A stretch of DNA of 63,960 nucleotides, filler included, from Octopus bimaculoides (Eukaryota), in NCBI RefSeq assembly GCF_001194135.2. It is 5 parts of 5 records of this genome, joined end to end, with 100 filler letters (N's around TTAATTAATTAA, not from the genome) between each part and the next. Parts side by side here need not be neighbours in the genome. Positions count along the whole stretch, not along the records: positions 1 to 26,674 come from NC_068984.1; 4 more parts are not named here. One strand, 5' to 3'. Made by a program: the position numbers and the translations under genes. A model generated the notes under the pieces. It searched no databases. It worked only from the letters and a program-made list of their open reading frames with translations, and was not told the DNA's origin. Positions 13,638-24,670 of the stretch are shown piece after piece (positions within the stretch are counted from its first letter, which is position 1; each line of letters starts with the position of its first letter).

Positions 13638-15092
13638 AAATACCTGTTGGCACATGAACTCTTAAAAACATCGAGGGGGAAATGCCTCACTACTCAAAGG
13701 TAACAATTGTGGATTATGTCCCTTTCCTATTGGCTTCCCTCCAACCAAGAGATTTTTGACGCAGCGGCTCTGTACTGTAACGAGGTCCTAGCTGCCAGTG
13801 GATTTGTGGACCGCATTTCCTACATGCCCGAACTCAAGAACTGAAGAAGGAAGCACCGCAGAAATACCATTTGGTCCCCCACCTTCTAACTTAACACAAA
13901 AGCGTCCCTGGGTAGAATATTCCTTAAATTAATAGATAAACATTTCACTAGCTCCCATAGTTAAGAACATCTTTTCAACAGGCACAACGTTAGAGTCTCG
14001 TTTAGCTTGCCCCCAATATTAAGAGAATCCTAGTTAGCGCCCTTAAACCACTGGAAGAGGCAGGATGTTCGTGCATGGAGCGCAACAGATGCCCGGTGAG
14101 AGACGACTGCGAAACTAAAGGGGACGTCTATGAAGACGAAGTACTAGCAAACATTAGCAATATCAGTAGAAGCAGTAGCAGCCGTAGACACGAGAACAGA
14201 AACAGCAGCACAGCCGCCATCGAAAGAGTTAACAACATTAGCAATAATAGCAATTACAGCACCATCAGCAGCACTGACAATAGCAGCATCACTATCAGCA
14301 CTATCAGCACTATCAGCATTACCAACAACTTCCCTAACCTCCACGGTAGCATTCATGACAACCCTTATAGCGGCAGCAACAGGTCCAGCGTTATCGCTAT
14401 CTATGACAGCAATAACAGCGACAGTGGCCCTAGCAGAAACACCGGCAAAACCACAGCTAATGATACCACTAGCAGAAATGGCAACTCTACCACCAATGAA
14501 ACAACTCGCACCAATTGCTACTCTCCCACCAATGGCAACTCCCCCACCAGCGCCTTCACCATAGCCAGTAGTGGCGGCGCAATACTGACGCCACCACCAC
14601 TTCCAGCGACCCCAACACCAGCAGGTACATCAACGACAATACAGGCCTACAGAGATACATTAGATATTCCGGAAACTATTTCAAGCAACGTCTCTCCAGC
14701 CAAAGGTCCTCCTTCAGAGTTCCGTAAAGGAGATACGTAACATCACTGTCTGGCAACTAAGAGATGATGGGATTCCATACTCGATCTCATGAAAAATCCT
14801 CGAGAACGCAGGCCTCTACATCAACAGGACGAAGCATTGCAAGTTATGCATAGCTGAACAAGCGAGAATCCTAAAAGACTCACTCGCACCAAGGAACATA
14901 ATTAACTCCAGAACGGAGATTTTCGGGTCATGTTTACATTTCAGGAGGTTCCTGTTAGCTCTTTGGGGCCTGTAAGATGGCGGCACAGCTGGAAATTGAT
15001 AGCCAATAGCGAATGGAGATAATCCCTAATTGTTACCCTTGAGTAGTGTGGTGTTTTCCCCCTCCATATTTTTAAGAGGTCAACAGGTTTTG

Positions 15093-15153
15093 GGGACCTG
15101 ACGATACGTCATAAAGCTAAAGCCTTTATATACCGGAAACCTAAGGTAATCCC
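15093..15153 (+). ncRNA. Type-I hammerhead motif, inverted partner of 13578-13637
   Basis: GGGAC-CTGACGA...GAAAC-CTAAG-GT-A-ATCCC; 1-nt insertion in stem III and a C.A mismatch in stem I. Confidence 0.75.
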
Positions 15154-15695
15154 ATAAAGCGGCCTTCCCCATTTTTAATATATATGTATATATATATATA
15201 AATATATATATACATATATGAATATGTATATATACATATATGTATATATGTGTATATATATATATATATATACACACATATATGTAAGTATATATACACG
15301 TATATATATATGTATATATGCATATATATATGTATGTGTGTATATNNNNNNNNNNNNNNNNNNNNNNNNNNNNNNNNNTATATATATATATATATATATA
15401 TATGCATATGTGTGTGTGCGCCCGCGCAACATACAGAACGTCGCATAGCCCGTAAACTGTCTGAAAATTCACGAATCAAAATGAAAAGACCAAGATAGCG
15501 TGGAAATATAAATGGGCACCATTGCATCTTTACTGACCAATTATGAAAACGAATTATGAAAATATCATATAACTAGTTCGATGACTAATTCCCTAATCGA
15601 ATATTTCGATTAGCTCTCTTTTTCGATGGTTCATCAAAGGCATTCGTTTTAAAAGTTAATGAGTGAAATATTGTCCCAAACCCATCACATGAAAT

Positions 15696-15976
15696 TTATA
15701 TTTGATGTATGTTGTTGTATGTATGAGTTGGTGCTATTGTTGTTGTTGGTGTCGACGTCGTCCCAGTTTCGATCTGATTGAGCAGAACTATTAGCAAACT
15801 CGTTCTAGATTTGATCATCACGTCTATCTCCGCTACTCTGGACAACATAAGGCAATACAGATATCTGTCCACTTTTAAGACGCAGGCGATGATATGAGTG
15901 GGTAATTTGAATGCTGCTGGTTGCAGCTTCATCAACAGCATAAAGACACCTTCGTTGTTTAATGTGCGATGTTGCA
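15696..15976 (-). CDS. Candidate exon, phase-1 frame open for 93 codons
   Basis: ttctcacag acceptor; higher GC than the flanks; no homology recognised. Confidence 0.15.
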
Positions 15977-16176
15977 CTGTGAGAAGTTGAAACAAATGTT
16001 GCAGCCAAAATTCACCTAATATTCATGTTTTCTTATTACAAAAAATTATCACTGAGAATAATATCAGTCTGAATTATAGTTAAAAGAACAGTTAAATTAG
16101 TATAATCATACGTCGTGTTGTAAGTGCTTACGAACTAATTAGGAAAACTTATGCGTTGGGAAAGAGGCAGTTTTAC

Positions 16177-16318
16177 CTCAATGGTGAATAACTGCTTTAA
16201 TCATTTCTGCAAGCACGGGAGACAACTCCTGGAATGTTTCATTCTCAGCGGTGACAATGCTCTTCCGCGATGCATAGATTCCATGAGACTCGCTCAAGTA
16301 GTAATATAAGAATATCGC
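16177..16318 (-). CDS. Candidate exon (AIFLYYYLSESHGIYASRKSIVTAENETFQELSPVLAEMIKAVIHH*)
   Basis: ccttcccctgttattag acceptor and gag|gtaaaa donor; only phase 0 stays open, with TGA 1 nt before the donor. Confidence 0.25.
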
Positions 16319-16506
16319 CTAATAACAGGGGAAGGTATTGACAATTAACATTTATTATTTCTTTAATTAGTGTTGATAATTTACTCAAGGGTATTTTTCG
16401 CATGGAAAACAACTGAGTAGAAAAATCTAAATAGATGCGATAAGGGGAAAATGATATTGATTCATTTTGTCGAGACGTAATGCTGTGTTAGACCCACTAC
16501 ATGGCC

Positions 16507-16552
<46 letters not shown>

Positions 16553-17489
16553 CGTGCGTGTGTGTGTGCGCGCGCAGCGCGCGTTTGTGTTTTGGTTTTA
16601 TTATGCCACCTCGGTGAATCCTAAATTTCAGCAAGAAATAATGCGAGATTCAATAAGGAGATGCATAAAAGTTTAAGCTAGTTGCATACTTAAAAGCGTG
16701 CAAGTCAACTAACCAGAGATGTCATTCGTATAAAAATATAGTTAAACTTGTGCTAACATATCAAATAGTGAAATCATTTAAGACAGACCTATGTAGTAGG
16801 CAACGAAATGGATTAGTGAAATGTTATAGTTATCTCTAATGATTCGTCTGTTATGAAATCTGAGTATAGACAAGTTTCCTTATTCCTAGCCCTCATCAAC
16901 GTAGAAAAGACTGTACCAGTTTTACCGAAGTAATGATGAGAGAATCAATATTGTATTCGTATACATGTTACAGTTAGAACATTACAAAGAAAGAAATAGT
17001 CACGTTAGTGTATGCTTCTGTAAGGAGGTTTTAACGTGACCCAAGCACGTCCAATGCGTTCTACCCAATTTGCTGAATTAATATAAATGATATTCAGTTA
17101 GTACTAGTTATTTTCCTCACTGCATAAGTTTATGTAATTAGCTGCTTGATATTCACTGAATGACATCAGCTAACCACAAATTAACTATTGATCTTTTTTT
17201 CTTGCGTATAGCATTTGGGATTAACCTTTGAGATTTTAAACTATGATTTATACTTGAAAGTTAGTTTAGAAGTGAGTAATAATCCTTATGTAATCACAGA
17301 CATGGATTTGTAGATATGAAACACGCTTTGTAACCACCTATTTTCATCGGACCCAATGCGCGACACCTCGAGCATGCGTCTTCTGCTAGAGCCCTGGGTC
17401 GAGCAATGCCTTGTTAGAGAATCTCGACGACGGCAAGTGTGTTGAAGACTGTAGTATACATACGTGTACTATGTATTTATGAGTGCATG

Positions 17490-17522
<33 letters not shown>

Positions 17523-18176
17523 ATATNNNNNNNNNNNNNNNNNNNNNNNNNNNNNNNNNNNNNNNNNNNNNNNNNNNNNNNNNNNNNNNNNNNNNNNNNN
17601 NNNNNNNNNNNNNNNNNNNNNNNNNNNNNNNNNNNNNNNNNNNNNNNNNNNNNNNNNNNNNNNNNNNNNNNNNNNNNNNNNNNNNNNNNNNNNNNNNNNN
17701 NNNNNNNNNNNNNNNNNNNNNNNNNNNNNNNNNNNNNNNNNNNNNNNNNNNNNNNNNNNNNNNNNNNNNNNNNNNNNNNNNNNNNNNNNNNNNNNNNNNN
17801 NNNNNNNNNNNNNNNNNNNNNNNNNNNNNNNNNNNNNNNNNNNNNNNNNNNNNNNNNNNNNNNNNNNNNNNNNNNNNNNNNNNNNNNNNNNNNNNNNNNN
17901 NNNNNNNNNNNNNNNNNNNNNNNNNNNNNNNNNNNNNNNNNNNNNNNNNNNNNNNNNNNNNNNNNNNNNNNNNNNNNNNNNNNNNNNNNNNNNNNNNNNN
18001 NNNNNNNNNNNNNNNNNNNNNNNNNNNNNNNNNNNNNNNNNNNNNNNNNNNNNNNNNNNNNNNNNNNNNNNNNNNNNNNNNNNNNNNNNNNNNNNNNNNN
18101 NNNNNNNNNNNNNNNNNNNNNNNNNNNNNNNNNNNNNNNNNNNNNNNNNNNNNNNNNNNNNNNNNNNNNNNNNNNN

Positions 18177-18428
18177 GTAGACGAACTTTAATTCACTTCA
18201 AATCCTAGTTGGTACAGAAACAATATACATTCTACAAATTGTTTCAGTCTAATTAATTCCAAGGACAAAGACGAAAAACTCTTCATGAAAAACAGATTAG
18301 ACTCCTCATCAGGAATTATATATTGGTATGAATGATTACGGCCAACAAAAACATGCAAAGACCTTTCGTAGCTCAGACTTGAACAAATAAATGAAAGATA
18401 ACAAGAACGCCAGATATTCAAAACTGGA
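18177..18428 (-). mobile_element. PLE pseudo-LTR; inverted copy of 20018-20230
   Basis: Roughly 90% identical by eye to the reverse complement of 20018-20230, with the same inner boundary (tttgaatatctggcg); runs into a gap. Confidence 0.85.
18221..18325 (-). ncRNA. Type-I hammerhead motif with long stem II insert
   Basis: CAATATATAATTC-CTGATGA-GGAGTCTAAT...ATTAGACT-GAAAC-AATTT-GT-A-GAATGTATATTG: 12-bp bulged stem I; CC missing at the base of stem II. Confidence 0.75.
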
Positions 18429-19299
18429 AATATATATGTGTGTGTGTGTGTGTGTGTGTATGTGTGTGTCCTTATTTAAACTTAATAATATGGTAAAATT
18501 GAACGAAAATAAAATTAAAAATGATAAAATTTATTGTTTACAAAATAGCCTTCTACGGTAGAACGGCTAAAGAGAGAGAATTATCAGTAAAGGGAGGGGG
18601 AGAAAAATAATACAGTGAAGGAGTGAGTAATAGCCATGACTGAGAGAGTGAGAGAAAGTAATGACCGTTTGAGAAAGAAGAACGCAGAGTGTATCTTCTG
18701 TTCTCAACATATGAAGGAGAAAGGAAGGGGCGAAGAAAGTAAAAGACAGCCATTGAGCTCTGTGTTAGTATATGTGTATACGTGTGTATATGAAAACAGG
18801 AGGTATGTGAATGTTTGTGTGTATGCGTGTGCGTGCGGGAGGAGTGTGAGTGTGTGCATGCATAATGGAAACGTTTCCATGCGTGCATAATGGAAACGTA
18901 CAACTCTGAAGATAAAAACTGAGATCATTCCAAATTTGTTTGAGTATGTGTATGTATGTATGTGATTGGGAAATATCTGAGTGCTTGTATCCGTGATTGT
19001 TCTGTACTTCATTTTGTATCTTGTTTAAATAACAATTAGTCATCAATTATAAACGGCACGGGATCAGTTAATAAATGAATATAGAAATAACAAAACGGTA
19101 GTAAGATAATTAAATGAACTAAATGTAAAAATCCACCGTCTCACAAACAAAGATGGACCAAAATTAAAATACTCACAATATCTTAGAAATTAAATTAAAA
19201 AAAATAAAACCTAAAGGAACCAATGAGAGTAGTAAAAAAACCAAAGGGTGAAACCGAAATTATCAAACTCTCAAAACCCACTAAATCATCGAATAAAAC

Positions 19300-19760
19300 A
19301 CTTATAATAGACAACCATATTTAAAATTTTTAGACACGCATTTATTCTTATGAACACAGAAAAAAACAACCTTTCAGATTTAGAGTTTAATAGCTTTCTT
19401 CTAAAAAATAAAATCAAAAATAATTTCTCAGAACAAAGAGAGTAGAACCTACTACCAATCATATAAGCCGGAACCGTCTGTAAAATGCTCCAATCAATAA
19501 AGTACGCTTCATTATCTTTAAGATTCCAGATGAAATTACTAAGACTAGTAGAAGAAACACTATTTCTGTTCCTAAAAGAACAATAATGATATTAAGAAAT
19601 CCTTTTCTTAATATAATTAGCAGAAGAACCAATATAAAAGTAATCATTACCTTCAGAAAAAACTTTAGCTTTATAGACGACTTCCCTACGCTTTCAAAAA
19701 TTACCAAATAAACAATTTTCTTTGTTTCTCCAGCCACAAAGGGAATTCTCACCCCAATTT
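19300..19760 (-). pseudogene. PLE GIY-YIG endonuclease remnant
   Basis: CGWRNKENCLFGNF*KRREVVYKAKVFSEGNDYFYIGSSANYIKKRIS*YHYCSFRN...STSLSNFIWNLKD...IDWSIL...SLCSEK. Confidence 0.85.
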
Positions 19761-20091
19761 GCACCTTAATCAACTGAATTATCATTAAGTGAAAGGCTAT
19801 TATCGCCACTAGTATTGAAACTTATATTAGAAATAGAATTCAAACCATCCCTGCCAAACTGGCTATTAGGAAAATCATTAACATTGGTACTCATGAAATT
19901 AGTCTCGCTAGTATTAACTAAGTTATCACGAAGATAAGAACTGAAAAATTTCATTAATAGGAATAATTTGAGATAGATTCCTAGTTTAAATAAGGACATT
20001 TATATATAAATATTTTTTTCTAGATTTGAATATCTGGCGTTTGGGCTACGAAAAGTCTTTGCATCTTTTTGTTGGTCGCAATCATTCATAC

Positions 20092-20185
20092 CAGTATGTA
20101 ATTCCTGATGAGGAATCTAATCTGTTTTTCATGAGGAGTTTTTCGTCTTTGTCTTTGGAATGAATTAGACTCCGAAACAATATTG
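20092..20185 (+). ncRNA. Hammerhead motif with stem III/cleavage site deleted
   Basis: CTGATGA-GGAATCTAAT...ATTAGACTCC-GAAAC-AAT, then about 11 nt missing relative to the 18.2-kb copy. Confidence 0.7.
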
Positions 20186-20438
20186 GTTCTGTACCAACTA
20201 GGATTTGAAGTAAATTAAAGTTCGTCTTGAGTTATAATTTTTTCCTTTCCTTGCACTTCATTTTCTGTTTTTGCAAATACTAAATATATATTTTTATATA
20301 TATTCTTTACTTGGACTGTACCTGCGGTCTTGGATGTTNNNNNNNNNNTATATATATATGATAATATTGTTTATAATATTATAATGGCTTAGCATGCGTA
20401 ACACACTCATAACGGTAAAAGTTATCAATCAATAATTT

Positions 20439-20617
20439 AAGGTACTAATAAGCAGTACCGGAATGCTAAATATAGCAGTCAAAATGACCAAACCTAAAAT
20501 TTTTTACTTAAACACAAAGATGGAAGCCGATTTCACCTTTGTGTTTCTGTAAAAATTTGTGGTTTGGTCATTTTGACTGCTATATTTAGCATTCCGGTAC
20601 TGCTTGTTAGCACCCTT
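20439..20617. mobile_element. Foldback MITE (about 180 bp)
   Basis: Near-perfect arms aagcagtaccggaatgctaaatatagcagtcaaaatgaccaaacc / ggtttggtcattttgactgctatatttagcattccggtactgctt; TTAA at the left end. Confidence 0.85.
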
Positions 20618-20849
20618 GGTTATGAATATACATATATATGCATGCGCGTCTGTCTTTATGTCTTTCTCCCCTTCTTAGCGCATGGCAACTAGCGTTGCTT
20701 TGTTAATTCAATGGTTCGGCAAAATAGTCGACTGTATACGTAACGGACTTTTAAAAAACGGGCTTTAAAAATAATTAAGTTTTCGTGTCACTTTATTCGA
20801 CTAGAACCAGGAGGGGCTGTTGTCCAAAAACTGAAGCAAAGGAGAGATA

Positions 20850-21186
20850 CTCTTTTTACTCTTTTACTTGTTTCAGTCATGTGACTGTGGCCATGCTGGA
20901 GCACCACCTTTAGTCGAGCAAATCGACCCAGGACTTATTCTTTGTAAGCCTAGTATTTATTCTATCAGTCTCTTTTGCCGAACCGCTACTTTAAGGGGAC
21001 GTAAACACACCGGTGTCGGTTGTCAAGCGATGGCGGGGGCACAAACACAGACACACAAACATATACACACACATACATATATATATATACATATATACGA
21101 CGGGCTTCTTTCAGTTTCCGTCTAACAAATCCGCTCACAACGCTTTGGTCGGCCACAGGCTATAATAGAAGACACTTATCCAAAGG
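20850..21186 (-). mobile_element. SINE family A (core + internal microsatellite + tail; head lost in gap)
   Basis: cttttacttgtttcagtca tail and gacgggcttctttcagtttccgtct core, shared with 28735, 59955, 62100 and 63843. Confidence 0.9.
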
Positions 21187-21580
21187 NNNNNNNNNNNNNN
21201 NNNNNNNNNNNNNNNNNNNNNNNNNNNNNNNNNNNNNNNNNNNNNNNNNNNNNNNNNNNNNNNNNNNNNNNNNNNNNNNNNNNNNNNNNNNNNNNNNNNN
21301 NNNNNNNNNNNNNNNNNNNNNNNNNNNNNNNNNNNNNNNNNNNNNNNNNNNNNNNNNNNNNNNNNNNNNNNNNNNNNNNNNNNNNNNNNNNNNNNNNNNN
21401 NNNNNNNNNNNNNNNNNNNNNNNNNNNNNNNNNNNNNNNNNNNNNNNNNNNNNNNNNNNNNNNNNNNNNNNNNNNNNNNNNNNNNNNNNNNNNNNNNNNN
21501 NNNNNNNNNNNNNNNNNNNNNNNNNNNNNNNNNNNNNNNNNNNNNNNNNNNNNNNNNNNNNNNNNNNNNNNNNNNNNNNN

Positions 21581-21616
<36 letters not shown>

Positions 21617-22066
21617 ACAGACACGCACACACACATATCTATTCTTACATTTCGGGATGGTAATCTTTTTTCTTGTCAAATAAACACAGTCATTACGTAT
21701 TCATTCTTCACTCGTTTATTATTGTTTCCTATTTATTCTTACGTTGATTGTCTGGAAATCTTTCGTCACACATCTGTCACCTCTTCAGCGACTCTTCCTT
21801 CCACGTGCCTCCTCCTGTTCAGTTTAGTCCATTCTATCTTTTTATGCTGTATATCCTTATATGTGCATGCGTTTATGTCTCTATCTGTGTGTGTGTGTGT
21901 GCGTGTGTGTGTTTGTATGTGCGCCCGGGCACATGCCTGTGTATAGGCGTATCTATCTGTTTTGTATGTGTGTTTGTGTGTGTGTGTGTGTACGGCATTG
22001 CTTACTATTTTGTATGTATCCGTGCCCTTTATATAGTTACTAGACTTTCATGTTCGTTGATCCTAC

Positions 22067-22206
22067 CCCTGGCGGAGAACTGACATTCCCTTTTAGCAAA
22101 GTATTAGACAAAGTAAATCTACGAATTAAAGTAGCAGAAAGGCCAGGACCCCCATGAAATTCCTGATCTGAAGATCTTTGTTCACTTTCCTCGCTTTCAC
22201 CCCGTG
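22067..22206 (-). CDS. Candidate internal exon (RGESEESEQRSSDQEFHGGPGLSATLIRRFTLSNTLLKGNVSSPPG)
   Basis: tttactccattag acceptor and ggg|gtagga donor; 46 open codons with protein-like composition; its phase-0 end matches the phase-0 start at 16318. Confidence 0.3.
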
Positions 22207-22623
22207 CTAATGGAGTAAATAGTGTAGTTATTAGAGCAATTTGGCGTCTACTTCTAACATGTGGTGCTATTCATTAGTGCTCTTATTATAATTATAATTA
22301 TATAAATATATTTTTGTATTAATTGTTACCTGTATGGTTTTATTACATGCTGGCTAATTGATAACATCTTATGAAGATTTTTATCCTTAATTATATGTAC
22401 ACAAAGTATGGTGGTCTAGTTCACAAGTGATCTAAACGACTAAGTACGCTAGGTAAGTGCTGTAACGGATTACTACGGCTCCATGGTTATAACCGAGACG
22501 GTAGTTATGGAACTATTGTAGATTTCCGATGCAGCGGATATATACTTGTTAAAGAGGACAACAAACATTAAGGCATGGTAAATTTCTCAAGTCCTATACA
22601 ACAATATTATTGGAAAAAATTCA

Positions 22624-22679
22624 GTCTTACACCTGTTTCTGGGATATCACCGAATATGGGATATTCCGTCATCACAGAC
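22624..22679 (-). ncRNA. Hammerhead motif, C3 mutated
   Basis: GTCT-GTGATGA-C-GGAATATC...GATATCCC-A-GAAAC-AGGT-GT-A-AGAC. Confidence 0.7.
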
Positions 22680-22925
22680 AAATAGGGAAACATAGGGAAA
22701 ATGAGAATGATATATAGTAATGAGAAGACGAGATAGAGGTATGGAGTAAAGGAATAAGGAGAGGGAGAGAGAGAAGAAAAAAAAGAAGTATAAAAGTTCA
22801 TAGTTCAACTTTCCGGAAAGTTGTACTATGAACTTTTATGCTTCTTTTTTTCTTCTCTCTCTCCATCTCCTTATTCCTTTATTCCCTTTCTCTATGTCCT
22901 AATTTTCCCTGTTTTTTTCCTATTT

Positions 22926-22981
22926 GTCTCTGATGACGGAATATCCCATACTCGATGATATCCCAGAGACAGCTGTAAGAC
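22926..22981 (+). ncRNA. Hammerhead motif, GAAA changed to GAGA
   Basis: GTCT-CTGATGA-C-GGAATATC...GATATCCC-A-GAGAC-AGCT-GT-A-AGAC; palindromic stem III ACAGCTGT. Confidence 0.75.
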
Positions 22982-23019
22982 TCTGAATTTGTTCCAATAA
23001 TAATATTGCATAGGACTTG

Positions 23020-23285
23020 TTCAGGAGGATATTGAATTCTTCCAGTGTTTTGAGATTTTGTCCAGATTATGAACCAATCGTCGAGGTATCTCTTCCAAGC
23101 CTTTTCAATATACTTTCTTAATTCAGTGCTGTATCTCCCCTTTATTCCCTGATAGAGATTTTGAAAAATCCTACACCCAGCCATCCAATTTACAAAGGAG
23201 ATGAGCAGTACCAAATTACCATTCCTAGATATAATAGTAATTAAAAAGAACACCGCCATTACCACATATATATTATAAACACACA
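23020..23285 (-). pseudogene. PLE reverse transcriptase core fragment, inverted relative to the rest of the element
   Basis: ...KAWKRYLDDWFIIWTKS (YxDD motif). Confidence 0.85.
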
Positions 23286-24480
23286 GATACACTTCAATAC
23301 CTGAATTTTATATCGTGCCAACCACCGCATACAAAACGTAGCATCCCTTACAGCTTAGCCATAAGAATCTGTACCATTGTAGAAGATTTGAAGATCAGGA
23401 ATCAGCTCCTGATGGAACTGAAAGAATTTCTACTCAAACAAAATTACCCTTCACTATTTATAGAAAATGGTATTCAGTGGGCTATGAAAATACCTACACA
23501 ACAACTGAGGGCAACACAAAGAAGAGAAAGACAAGAACAAATCATACCATTTATACTGACGCACAATCCATGCAACCAGAACATCTTCAATATCGCTAAA
23601 GCGAACCTACCAATGATTGCTCAAAGTAAGGAATTAAGAAATATCATCACAGACCAAACTATAATTCTCAGTAAAAGACAGCCTAAAAGCTTGAAAAAGT
23701 TATGAACAAAGGGAAGATTTGACCTTAGCAACAAAGACCAACCATTCACTGTGTCTAAATGAAATGATAGCCGATGCGGTACATGCCAATTAATTCATAC
23801 AAAAACGGGGAAAATATTCACAAACGCAAATATGAACTGCAAAAGCAGAAATTTAATGTATTGCATCAAATGCCCGAATTGTGAAGAACAGTATGTTGGC
23901 CAGACAGGCAATGCACTATCAGAACGCTCAAGTGTGCACCGACAACAAATTAAAAATCCAGAAGTTCACCAAATACCGCTGAGTAACAGTCTAGCAACAT
24001 GTGGCCGGAAAATATTTATATTTCCATTTCATAAACTATACAATCCGAATGAAATCGAGAGAAAACTGAGAGAAAAGGACTTTATTAATAAATTCAAACC
24101 CAAGCTTAATAAACAATGATAAAAAACAATCATATTTAAGGTTTAAAAGTCTTATCCCTATATCTAAAAATAAAAATTTCTATAAAGTACCGCCGTCATC
24201 ATTTCTAAAAATAAACACTGAAAAATGGTTTGGCATAATTTCTAAATATAGCCAAGCGATTTCTACTTCTATCCACAGGAATGTATGTAAAGGGCAAAAT
24301 TTAACCACTCAACAACATTTGAAACCAATGAACACAACTATCACCACCACCATATGAACCTGAAGATTGCACAAATGCAAAAAAGTATACTAGTTCAATA
24401 AGAATGGACATTTAATGTTCCATTTGTTCAATAAGAATAGACAATTGATACTTCATTTCATTTCCTTTTACTATATTATT
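23286..24480 (+). mobile_element. Penelope/Poseidon-type PLE 3' part (thumb, GIY-YIG, 3' region)
   Basis: SIPYSLAIRICTIVED; IPFILTHNP; NCKSRNLMYCIKCPNCEEQYVGQTG...HRQQI; REKDFINKFKPKLN. Confidence 0.9.
24355..24397 (+). ncRNA. Minimal hammerhead motif, G12 mutated to A
   Basis: TGAAC-CTGAAGA-TTGCA-CAAA-TGCAA-AAAA-GTATAC-T-A-GTTCA, in the 3' region of the PLE. Confidence 0.7.
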
Positions 24481-24581
24481 TTATATCTTATATTAATATA
24501 AGATTATAAATAAAACGTGAAAAACAGAGTTGGAATTCCTTTCAGTAATATATTTTCTATACATAATCATACAAACCCCTT

Positions 24582-24670
<89 letters not shown>

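Larger units (their letters stand above)
13547..15186 (+). mobile_element. 5'-truncated Penelope-like element with inverted terminal pseudo-LTRs
   Basis: 13750-14040 translates with stops as EIFDAAALYCNEVLAASGF...RNTIW...GRIFLKLIDKHF...FNRHNVRVSFS (RT thumb/linker), then CSCMERNRCPVRDDC, then GIY-YIG remnants (FKQRLSSQRSSFR; CKLCIAE; NSRTEI..CLH). 13547-13735 and 15001-15186 are inverted copies. Confidence 0.9.
22588..23019. mobile_element. ORF-less palindromic element with a hammerhead motif in each arm
   Basis: Symmetry centre ttcc|ggaa at 22814/22815; arms about 205-225 bp. Confidence 0.9.

Noticed and set aside
15840-15900. VDRYL as a GPCR DRY motif
   Set aside because: Flanks lack TM3-like hydrophobic pattern and the conserved Cys; probably chance.
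20122-20165. ATGA...TGA inside HHR stem II as a SECIS
   Set aside because: No helix II, no apical AA, and the 3' GA is absent in the second copy.
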